A DNA stretch of 64,000 nucleotides, from positions 992,001 to 1,056,000 of the forward strand of contig NC_043024.1 in NCBI RefSeq assembly GCF_006345805.1, read 5' to 3'. The notes under the pieces are model-generated. The model was not told the origin of the DNA. It saw only the letters and a list, made by a program, of their open reading frames with translations, and ran no database searches. This document shows positions 37,300-47,724 of the stretch, piece by piece. A program made the translations under genes and the position numbers. Source of the stretch: Octopus sinensis. Its lineage: Eukaryota. Each line of letters starts with the position of its first letter. Position 1 is the stretch's first letter.

Positions 37300-38480
37300 A
37301 AATCCAAAAGAGAAGCACACTCTAAGTTATAGAGTGATTAGATAAAGATGGTTGTGGCTGGTCTATGGGGGTCACCCTGGGTTTCACCTGCATAAAGCAC
37401 TTAGCTTTATACTGTTTCTTCAGACCCTAAGGGTCGGTTGGTCTATAACCTCTCTACAAAGTGGAGAGAAAAAAGGCCTTGTAGTCACTTGTTGACCACT
37501 TCGATGAAGGGTTAAGCACAAGGGATTGTCCCCTTAGACTCTATCTGTAGTCAACATGGCTGGCTTGTGGGTTCCAGGACTTCAGTAGGAAACTGCTGAA
37601 GTGTAAGCAGGGTTAGAAGGTTTCCGTTCTGGAATTTAAGATGTTCCCCAGGTCAAGGGGAGTTCTCGCTCATTCAGCTATCTACAGCTTGCAACACTTG
37701 CTCTTGTTGATATAGGGGCCTGATTCTTCTAGGATCTTCCATGAGATAACATATGGAGTTCCTTCATCCTTCAAGCACCACACATAACTGGCCAAGGATG
37801 CGGCATATCATCTCTCTGGGATCCTGAATGAGCATCTGTGGTTTGAGAGGTGCTACTTGAAGGTGTTTCTAGAACATCCAATGTATCTTCATATATTGTT
37901 TCTGTTGATGTTGATGCTGCTGCTTCCACTGCTGCTGATGCTGGTATTGTTGCTGTTGGTGTTGCTGTTACTGTTATCATTATTAGCATTATCATCAGTG
38001 ATATTGTTGTTGCTATTTCTGTTAGAGTTGCTTCTGTTGCCATTAATATTGCCATTCCTGCTACTGTAGTTGGGGAAGCTACTGCTGTCGTTAGGGTTAG
38101 ATATCACCTCAGCCTTGTAAACAACCTCTTTGGTTTTGCATTGGCCTCCCTTTAATCCCTGCACAAGCATCCCACTTCCACTAGGGGAGATAACTAAAAT
38201 ACTCTTAATGCTGATGGTGCAGCTAAAACAGATCCTTAGGTTGTGTCTGTTGCATCCGTAGCTATGTGACTGTGTAAAATGCTTATCTACTAACCTAAGG
38301 AATAGCCTACCTACACGTGTTTTTACATTGAGAGAGAAGGTGGCTGAGAAACGAAATGATATTTCAGCAGCACTTCCTTCTGCGGGTGTTAGCGGGTGTT
38401 AGGGCCCAGCATGTAGGAGATGCAGTCCCTGAACCCGCTAGCAACTAGGGCCTCATTATAGTAGGGGCTGCTGTATCGGA
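37300..38480 (-). mobile_element. Penelope-like retroelement 3' fragment (post-RT region, GIY-YIG endonuclease, 3' pLTR), pseudogenised
   Basis: Minus-strand translation across stops and shifts: YYNEALVASGF; FSLNVKTRVGRLFLRLVDKHF; GQCKTKEVVYKAEV...RYIGCSRNTFK*HLSNHRCSF...LASYVWCLKD...ISWKILE...ILNSRTE...CLH, the typical Penelope GIY-YIG C-terminus. Confidence 0.85.
37369..37427 (-). ncRNA. Minimal type I hammerhead-like motif in the Penelope 3' region (GUG triplet, probably inactive)
   Basis: GGGT-CTGAAGA-stem II (TATAAAGC TAAGT GCTTTATG core)-GAAAC-CCAGG-GTG-ACCC. Confidence 0.65.
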
Positions 38481-38929
38481 TGTTTAAGATTTTAAACTAA
38501 ATACAAACACCTAAGCACAGGTAATCACAAACAGGTCAGCATTGAGGAGTAAAAATAGCAGTCAACTCCTAACTTGTGAACGTAATCTCTTAATAATGTT
38601 TTCTCTAATTGTGAATTCTGCGAGAAACATTTAGCAAAACGAACTAGAGAAAAGTAATATCTAGTTTTTTAATTATTCCTAATTAATTTATATCAGCTGT
38701 GTCAACAAAACAACACCTCCATGGAAGTGTAAGTAAGCATCAGATAAACAATTTCATTTATGTTCAGACATGTTCAACATATTTTAAATTTCAGTTTGTT
38801 ATTTCAGGAAAGGCCAGGGTTAGGTTCTGCCGTGGTCAATCGTGTTTTGCTACTGAAACTATGGAAGACACTAATGGACATGAAATGCAAAGCGTTTGTA
38901 TTCTGTGTCACTGTGTATGAGTGCGGTTC

Positions 38930-39620
38930 CATGTGTTTGTGTGTGTGTGCATACGTGTGTCTGTGCATGTGAGTATCTGTATGCATATATGTATGTATGT
39001 GTGTATATGTGTGTGTATGCATCTATGTATGTGTGTGTATATATATGTATGTGCGTATATATATGTATGGGTATGTATGTGTGTGTATGTATGTGTGTGT
39101 ATATGTGTGTGTATACATGTATCTATGCGTGTGTATATATGTATGTGTGTATTTATGTATGTGTATGTATGTGTGTGTATGTATGTGTGTGTATATGTGT
39201 GTGTATACATGTATCTATGTGTGTGTATATATGTATGTGTGTATTTATGTATGTGTGTGTATGTATGTGTGTGTATATGTGTGTGTATACATGTATCTAT
39301 GCGTGTGTATATATGTATGTGTGTATTTATGTATGTGTATGTATGTGTGTGTATGTATGTGTGCATATATGTATGTATGTGGATGCATGTGTGTATGTAT
39401 GTTTGTATGTATTGTGTATGTATGTGTGTGTGTATGCATGTATGTATATGTGTGTATGTATGTCTGTATGTGTATGTATGTATGTGGATGCATGTATGTG
39501 GATGTATGTGTATGTATGTGTATATATGTATGTGTATGTATGTGTGTATGTTTGTATGTATTGTGTGTGTATGTGTGTATATGTATGTGTGTGAGCATGT
39601 ATGTATCCATCATACATACA
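38930..39620. repeat. Compound (TG)/(TGTA) array with 82-92-bp higher-order units
   Basis: ATACATGTATCTATG recurs at 39113, 39205, 39287. Confidence 0.9.
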
Positions 39621-39639
39621 TATGAACATACATCATCTT

Positions 39640-40060
39640 CATCATCATTCAACACCCATTGTCCATGCTGGCATGGGTTGGACAGTTTGACCAGAGCTGG
39701 CAAGGCTGGAAGACTGCACCAGACTCCAGTCTGTTTTGGCATGGTTTCTATGGCAGGATGCCCTTCCTAATGCCAACCACTCCAAAGGTGTAATGGGTGC
39801 TTTTACATACCATTTGCACGACACTGGTATCTGCTACAACTGCGACTTTACTCGGCTTGATGGCTTTTCTTCTCAAGCACGACATAATGCCAAAAGTCTC
39901 GGTCATTCGTCATTGCCTCTGTGAGGACCAACACTCTAATAGAGCTTACCATGTGCTACCGGCATCGTCCACCTTGCTTCCGTGAAGCCTAATGCTCAAA
40001 CGGTGCTTTTTATGTGTAAGTTACCAGCATCGGCCACGACTATGATTTCTCAAGCACATC
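39640..40060 (+). mobile_element. Repeat family E
   Basis: CCATGCTGGCATGGGTTGGA and GGATGCCCTTCCTAATGCCAACC motifs. Confidence 0.75.
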
Positions 40061-40067
40061 ATAATCA

Positions 40068-40493
40068 TCATTGTTCGATCGTGGTCGAGAAAATGGAATT
40101 TACCATGCTACACCAGACTTCACGGTCCATCATGGCATTACGGAGGTCCTGTTGCTGGATGCCTGTATCCCTGGAGATTACATCAGGGTAGGAGAGTGTG
40201 CACCCTCTGGTATTGCGAGTAGATGGCTTCCAGAGGAGGAGAGTAGAAATTACCTCTTTTTCAGCTCTACAACAATGTCCAGCAAACTGGACTCTTCTAC
40301 CTTTCACAAGAGATGATACAGGTGGTAGTTTCCCATATATTTGTACTTTGGTTGGATGGTGCTTCCACGAGAGATTTTGAGCTCTCATAAGGAGGCGAGT
40401 GTAAGTTCCATCCAACCGCCTCTCAAGCTTCTTTGATAACGTCCAGGTTTCTGAGCCATATAGTAGAATTGGTTCGACTGTGGCTTTGAAGAC
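40068..40493 (-). mobile_element. RTE-type LINE 3' fragment
   Basis: VFKATVEPILLYGSETWTLSKKLERRLDGTYTRLLMRAQNLSW...DREVW; same family as 2018-2385. Confidence 0.88.
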
Positions 40494-40725
40494 TTCTCAA
40501 GCACAGCCTATCACCAAAGGCCTTGATCGTTAATCATTGCCTCTGTGAGGTTCAAAGTATGAAGATCAGGCTTCACCACCTCATCCCATGCTTTATCTGA
40601 TTATCCTACTTTCCAAACCAGTCTCTTATAAATATATTTTATAAAAACTTATGGTGTTTTCATCGAAAATGTAGATGAACACCATTCTTCTGTGTGATTG
40701 GCTTGAAAAATTGTTAGGATATTAA

Positions 40726-40946
40726 CCCTTTCGTTACCATATTTATTTTGGGATGCTCTGTGTCTCTTTTAATTATTTTAAATATAACAAAGAATTTAAT
40801 AAAATAACTTCGTTATCATTAAGCTAATGTTAGGAACATAAATTGGGACTAAGGTTTGGAGGAAGATTTTAATTCAGAACTTATGGAAACAAGACATTTG
40901 TACTACAGAGCCAGAGCCGGTTTCAGCCAGGTTGGTAACGAAAGGG
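40726..40946. mobile_element. piggyBac-type MITE (221 bp)
   Basis: TTAA TSD at 40722-40725 and 40947-40950; perfect 14-bp TIR CCCTTTCGTTACCA / TGGTAACGAAAGGG. Confidence 0.9.
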
Positions 40947-41445
40947 TTAAGATATTTTTCTTAACATGAAACCCATGGTAGCTTTAATAGACAAATAAAG
41001 AAATTTTATCCACCAACGCAGCGTTGAGCACTCATTCTCATTGTTTGACGTTTACACACACACACACACATAGGAAAAGAGAGAGAGAAATATATGTTTG
41101 TATATGCATGTATACAAACATGTATGTGTGTATGTGTGTGTGTATTATTCTTTTCTTTTATTATTTTACTTGTTTCAGTCATTTCACTGTGGCCATGCTG
41201 GAGCACCGCATTTAGTCGAGCAAATCAACCCCAGGACTTATATTCTTTGTAAGCCCAGTACTTATTCTTTCGGTTGTAAATATTATGTATGTATATATGC
41301 TTGTATGTGTGTATGTATTTATGTAAATATATGTATGTGTGTGTATGTATGTATATATAGTTAATCCAAACATGAAAACACAACAACGTGAGGATGTGGA
41401 ACAAATATAGTATTATTGGACTCTCAGAAAAGGAAAGAAGGAGGG

Positions 41446-41478
41446 TTTAACGTTTCGAGCGGAGCTCTTTGTCAGAAA
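41446..41478 (-). ncRNA. Minimal hammerhead-like motif
   Basis: TTT-CTGACAAA-GAGC TCC GCTC-GAAAC-GTT-AAA. Confidence 0.45.
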
Positions 41479-41657
41479 AATAGGAAAAGGAAAGATCCAA
41501 GGAAGGGAAGACGGAGGAAAAAAATCACCAACGTTACACACGTGGTCACATATATATGTAATGGGAAAGTTTACGAAAATAAACAAAAGACGAAGGCAGG
41601 TGAAGTACAAACAAACAATTGTATTAGTAAAGTGCTCAGGAATAGAAATAGAAAAAG

Positions 41658-41695
41658 TCTTTCACGTTTCGAGCCTATGCTCTTCGACAGAAAGA
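41658..41695 (-). ncRNA. Minimal hammerhead-like motif (family G)
   Basis: TCTTT-CTGTCGAA-GAGC ATAG GCTC-GAAAC-GTG-AAAGA; 5-bp stem I. Confidence 0.5.
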
Positions 41696-42894
41696 TACAC
41701 AGAAAAAAACAAGGAGAGAAAAAAAAGCGTGTAGGAGCTAACGATCTATCATGTATGTATATATTTATGTAAATGTGTGTGTGTGTGTGTTTTCTCTTTT
41801 GTATTGGAATTTTAGAGTTTGCTTTGACCAAACATCTTGTAAAAAAAACAGTGTATTAAATATATATTGTAGTCGTGATACATCTTGAGATTGTGGTTGT
41901 TGTTGTTGCTGTTGTCTTTGACCGTAATGGCACAGAAAATCACAAAGAAACAATACCAAATCTGACACACTTTTGTCACAGAGATAACAAAGACCCCCCA
42001 CCCCCCGCCCCCCAGCAAAATACTCCCAAAATCAAATGAAAGAAATAATAAAATCAATTCAGCTGGCGATAGAAAATCTTATCTGATTAGTTTTTGATCT
42101 GTGTTTTATTGTATTGGTAATTATTTGAAGACTTTGATCTCTTGCTCATTGTGTTGGTAAACGCTCTGAAAATAGACGTCCTATAAAACGCTGACCCTTC
42201 ACCTAGTTTTAGTCAAGCTGTTGTTCAACCATTTAATTACGTTACAGTGATTGGTTAATTAGTAAAACAGTAGAATATGAGAGAATTAATGATGATCTTT
42301 GTTAATTAATTGTCACACAAATTGAGTTTAAAGTGGAAAAAAAATTTTATGAATTGAAAAAGAAGAAGCAAAAGTTTAAAGTTTTAAGTTTAATGTTTCA
42401 GGCAAAATAAGTTTGTTGGTTGGGGAGAGGAGGTGATGACTGGCAATTTATCCTGAAAACATTATTTCTCTTCATGATAAATCGTTCTGCTTAAAACAAT
42501 AAAGATGTCTTCTTCAGAGCAGAATGTTGTTTCAGTATTTGAACTCTTGGTTCCAAAGCATACACATACATACATAAAATAATATATATTTTTATCTTTT
42601 ATCTTTTCCTTGTTTCAGTCATTAGACTGTGGCCATGCTACAGCACCACCTTGAAGAATTTTAGTCAAATGTATCGACCCCACCTCCAGTACTTCTTTTT
42701 ATTTTTTTCTTGTTTTAACACATATTTGAACTTTATCGCAGCAGTCCTTCTGCTTTTCTAAGGCCTGTAAAAGAACTTGGAAGGTTGGGCTTCCAACCAG
42801 ACCTTTCGGGATTCCCTTAAAGCCAGGAATGTTTCAGCACCCGCTCATATGTGTGAGTTGTGTGTGTTATGTGTGTGTATGCGTATGAATATAT

Positions 42895-42992
<98 letters not shown>

Positions 42993-43069
42993 CTGGTTCC
43001 TCCAGCCTCATTTCAAAGGGGCACACACACATTCACACACTCACACATTCACACACTCACACACACACA

Positions 43070-43123
<54 letters not shown>

Positions 43124-43189
43124 CATTATTATTATTATTTTATATATATATATTATGTAGCAAGAATGAAAGAGTGAAGGTTCCCACAG

Positions 43190-43525
43190 CCAGTCTTATT
43201 CAGTGAACTCACTTCAGGGAAAAGAGCACAGGGTGTCCCTCTTCCAAGGTACAAGGGCCAACTCAAAGCCACTGGACCTGAGCATAAATCATTTGTAACA
43301 CAAACCCCCCGAGACCGTACCAAACGGTGGGGTTCCATTACCATTGGAACCAAAATCTTCAAAGTCACCAGAAAAGGAAAAGAAGAAATCAAACAACAGG
43401 AGAGAAAGGCCCGGCAGAATCAACCTTGTCCTCCACCAACATCGCCATACCAGTCAATGCCATCGACTCTTCTCTGCAAGAATTGGTCTACAGAGTGATC
43501 AACAGTGTCACCATAAAGGAAGCAT
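43190..43525 (+). mobile_element. RTE-type LINE 3' fragment
   Basis: PVLFSELTSGKRAQGVPLPRYKGQLKA...GTKIFK...KQQERKARQ...CHRLFSARIGLQS across frameshifts. Confidence 0.8.
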
Positions 43526-43926
43526 CTGACAAAGAAAAATCTAAATTCTTGGATACAAGATAAAGCCGCCATCACCACCACCACCACCACTACCATCGAG
43601 GAGAAGGTGGTGGAGGAGGAAGAGGAGGAGGAGGAGTTTTCACTGAGAATGAAGAGGATATGTCGTAGGTCTGTGGATGGTATTAATTCAGTTCTAATAA
43701 AAACAATTTTACTTCAGTCTGATGGGTTATTCTATAGTTTTGTAGATTTAAATTTATTATTAGTGAATATTATTGCGAATATCGTAAGGGCACAGGAATT
43801 GTGTCTAAGGCCAGCTAGAGACGATGTTCTCCTGGGGCTAAAAAGCTACAGTAACACCCACCCTTAGTGGTTAGCCGTATTCAGATGGCTAGTATACTTT
43901 AAATTTATTATTCTTAAACAAAAATC

Positions 43927-44023
43927 TTGTTGACAGTGACTTCGAAGTGTCGGTCAGTTAAGCCATCATCAGGCTGCCAACCATGGCTTAACTTGGCTGA
44001 AATTTCGATGTCACTGTCAACAA
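43927..44023 (+). other. ~40-bp-stem hairpin
   Basis: Arms 43927-43966 and 43983-44023, 16-nt loop; on the plus strand 3 G-U pairs, 2 mismatches and 1 bulge. Confidence 0.7.
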
Positions 44024-44452
44024 CATTCTTCTGTAAAAATAATAAATGTGTGTCTGTGTGTCCTAGAACTTGACGTAAAAAAAAATTGATGTTCCTCAAG
44101 TGTTCTGCTTTTGTATGGTAAGATCTGCAGGAACCCAGAGCTTCTTGAGTTGTGACCCTCAACTTGTAGGATATTGTTTTCCTTGCTCTTTAAATGCTGT
44201 ACAACATTTCATGGACGACTGGTCCGAAGTCCCTGACCCAGTTATTTCTTCTGAATCAGAGCATGTCAACAGAACTATTTCCTTACAAATATCCATATTA
44301 CGTGAGGACGTTGCAGGATTCAATAGAAATGGGTTATAAATGGCTATAAATATATATATATGGTAATAAATATTTTACAAGATACGGGACTCAGTGCTTG
44401 CTTTTTCCATGGGTGTGAGTAAGTATTTCATTTATATCTCGCGTATTTACCG

Positions 44453-44496
44453 CTGAAGAGGGGAAAATTTTTTATGAATTAACCCTGAAATTAGAC
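44453..44496 (+). ncRNA. Decayed hammerhead-like motif
   Basis: CTGAAGA-GGGG...CCCT-GAAA-TTAGAC; stems I and III poor. Confidence 0.3.
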
Positions 44497-44744
44497 CAAT
44501 ACAGTAATAATGAATTTTTTAGAGATTTCTATCAGTTTGTTTTGAGACGCATAAATTATAATGGTTATCGACAGTTTTTTGTTTCGGCATATTTGGCATT
44601 AGAATTTTTCTTCTGCCCTTATCTTGTAAATTATTTATAAATTTAACCTTTAAAGGTATTTTTTGATATGCTGGCCATTGATAAATTTTTTTCCCCCAAA
44701 AAAATTTAATCCTACATTAATTATATATATGGAAATAGATAGGC

Positions 44745-45080
44745 ACAGGTGTGGCTGTGTGGTAAGAAGCTTGCTTCCCAACCACATGGTTCCAGGTTCA
44801 GTCCCACTATGTGGCGCCACTTATGAGTGGATTTGATAGATGGAAACTGAAAGAAGCCCATCAGACATATATATATATGTGTGTGTGTGTGTCTTTGTGT
44901 CCATGTTTGTTCCCCCCCACCGCTTGACAACTGGTGTTGGTGTGTTTATGTACCTGTAACTTAGTGGTTCAGCAAAAAGAGACTGATGGAATAAGTATCA
45001 AGCTTAAAACAAATATTAGTACTGGGGGTCAATTCATTTAAGGCAGTGCTCCAGCATGGCTACAAGTAAAAGAGTAAAAG
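44745..45080 (+). mobile_element. SINE family A with internal deletions
   Basis: Family A homology. Confidence 0.8.
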
Positions 45081-45199
45081 GTATATGAAGGGTGGTGTGG
45101 TTGAGAAGCTAGCTTCCCAGATTCATCGTTTCAGGTTCGATCCCTGGGTAAGTGCCTTCTTGTGACTGGAGGGAAGCTGTGGGTGGGGATGGTCATATA

Positions 45200-45452
45200 T
45201 GTTCTATATTGAAGAGATGAGGAATTATGTACATTATTTACATTTGACGGATATTTGTCCTCATCTTGTTTTGGCTGATATATCCTCCAGCCTTCATCAG
45301 GTGTCTTGGGGAAATTTCGAACCTGGGTTCTCATTCCTAAGGTATTTTTCGATGTTATTATTATTATTGTTATTATTCTGGTCACTGCCTGGAATTGAAC
45401 TCGGAATCTTGGGGTTAGTAGCCCGTGCTCTAAACTCCTACACCATATGCCC
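45200..45452 (-). mobile_element. tRNA-headed short element carrying a hammerhead-like half motif
   Basis: Head GGGCATATGGTGTAG...GAGTTCAATTCC, (AAT)n spacer, then ACAC-CTGATGAA-GGCTG GAGGATATAT CAGCC-AAAAC at 45268-45304. Confidence 0.6.
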
Positions 45453-45769
45453 GTTGGCATGTAAATAATGTAAACAAGGATCATATATGTATGTGTGTGT
45501 GTTTGTGTGAGAGTGTGTGTGTGTTGTCTCCTTGTCTTGACTTCCAAGCAGTGTCCTTCATTTCCAATCATCATCATCATCATCCTCATCATCATTAAAC
45601 ATTCACTGGCATGGATTGGATGGTTTGACATGAAGCTAACCATCCAGGGAGCCATCCAGACTCCGATTGTCTGTTGTGGCATGATGTCTATGGTTGGATG
45701 CCCATCCTAATGCCAACCACTCAAGAGAGCGTGCTGGGCACTTTTTACATGCCACTATGCAGGGTGGTT

Positions 45770-46075
45770 GGTTGGTTGTTCCTTCTTGAGCCATGCCTGG
45801 CTCATAAGGGCCGGTTTCCCGGTTTCCTTGGCGTATAGGTTCCCCACCTGGATGGGACACCGGTCCGTCACAGGTGAGCTGCAAGATGCAGGAGGAAAGA
45901 GTGAGAGAAAGTTGTGGTGAAAGAGTCAGCAGACGTTTCGCCATTACGTTCTGCCGGAGCTGCGTGGAGCTTAGGTGTTTCGCTCATAAATGCACACATC
46001 ACCCAGCCTGAGATTCAAACCCGCAATCCCTCGACCGCGAGTCCGCTGCTCTAACCACTAGGCCATGTGCCCCCA
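45770..46075 (-). mobile_element. tRNA-derived SINE family D variant
   Basis: Head GGCACATGGCCTAGTGGTTAGAGCAGCGGACTCGCGGTCG; 3' part resembles the tail at 29760-29850. Confidence 0.75.
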
Positions 46076-46379
46076 CACTGGTGCAGGTGCACTTACACAA
46101 TACCAGCCACGGGTGCACTTAGACAACAGTGGCACCGGCATTTGAAAGGAGAAGCCTGTATGTGTGGAAGACAGCGATTCTAGTTAGTCTGACATGATTT
46201 GTCTGGAGGTTTGTCAACAGGAAAGGCATACAGCTGTAGAAAATCTGCTTCAATAAGCTTTCGTCGAACCCATGCAAGCATGGAAAAGTGGATCTCAAAA
46301 CAAGAACAATGTCTTTCATTTCCCTGTTTGCAATAGTTTGCTATGTTCCTGGGTTGGGAATATCAGTAATGTACCACAT

Positions 46380-46615
46380 ACGGCGGTGAGCTGGCAGAGT
46401 CGTTAGCGTGCCGGGCGAAATGCTTAGCAGTATTTCATCTGTCGTTACATTCTGAGTTCAAATTCAAGCTGAGGTCGAATTTACCTTTCATCCCTTCTGG
46501 GTTGATAAATTAAGCACCAGTTATGCACTGGGATCGCTGTAATCGACTTAACCCCTTTGTCTGTCCTTGTGTATCCCCTCTGTGTTTAACCCCTTGTGGG
46601 CAATAAAGAAATAAG
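46380..46615 (+). mobile_element. SINE family B
   Basis: Family B homology. Confidence 0.85.
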
Positions 46616-47179
46616 AAAGCCACCAGCACACACTGCACCTATATTATGTAACTTGTTGTATGCATTAAAAAGATAAAATTGTGTAAATATTTGAATTTGT
46701 TGTGGTTTTGTAAATATTTTAATTTGTTGTGGTTTTCAAGAGGATTCATTTGAGGACTTTGGGTGGGTTTTAAAGTTAAATTTTATTTTGTAACAAAAAG
46801 ATTTACCTTGAATTAAAAAAGAAAAGAATAAAAAGTAGGCCTAGATTTTTAACATCGATGTTATAAGTGAATATAAAACTGTGTTTAGAGGTAATTAAGC
46901 AGATAATTAGAGCAAAAAAAAAAACATATTCTCTTTGTTTCAGAGAAGTAAACCAAGGAGACAATATGAATTGAGATATTGTTACAATGGGCAGAGATAA
47001 GATTTTGCATCAAAGGTTGTGTGGACTTTAGTGCTAACCCAAGCTTTATTTGTGAGTTTTTAGTATTATTATTATTATTAACATCATCATCATCATCATC
47101 ATCATCACCACCACCACCACCATCACCACCACCACCACCATCATCATCATCACCACCACCACCACCACCACCACCACCA

Positions 47180-47218
<39 letters not shown>

Positions 47219-47239
47219 TATTACTATCATCGTATCATC

Positions 47240-47460
47240 ATCGTTTAGCATCCGCTTTCCATGCTAGCATGGGTTGGACGGTTCAACTGGGGTCTGGGAA
47301 GCCCAAAGGCTGCACCAGGCCCAGTCAGATCTGGCAGTGTTTCTACAGCTGGATGCCCTTCCTAATGCCAACCACTCCGTGAGTGTAGTGGGTGCTTTTA
47401 CTTGCCACCGGCACAGGTGCCAGACGAGGCTGGCAAACGGCCACGATCAGATGGTGTTTA
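47240..47460 (+). mobile_element. Repeat family E
   Basis: GGATGCCCTTCCTAATGCCAACC motif. Confidence 0.75.
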
Positions 47461-47562
47461 TCATCATCATCATCATTGTAATTGCTATTATTATTATTAT
47501 CTTTATCTTCTTTTTGTAATTTTGTTTCCACATCTTGCTGAGTGTCTGCCCAACCTTAGGGC

Positions 47563-47724
47563 CATTATTATTATTATTATTATTATTATTGTCTTTGTAC
47601 AGCTTCTAACGTTGGAGATGTGCTACGGTGTCAGCTGTTCACTACCAGTGAACTAAGGTAACATCCACTAATTTTCGAGCCCCTTCTGGAGTATTCAAGC
47701 GGTTCCAAGCAGTGCTGTTTTCTG
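47563..47724 (-). mobile_element. R4/Dong-like (RLE) non-LTR element, extreme 3' end with (TAA)n tail
   Basis: Minus strand QKTALLGTA*ILQKGLEN*, matching the QKxxLLGTAxIL C-terminal motif of RLE elements, then 3'UTR and (AAT)n. Confidence 0.65.

Noticed and set aside
31154-39770. Long poly-T/H/D/I/VCM ORFs (31154-31660, 36132-36692, 38896-39770)
   Set aside because: Translations of tri- and dinucleotide microsatellites.
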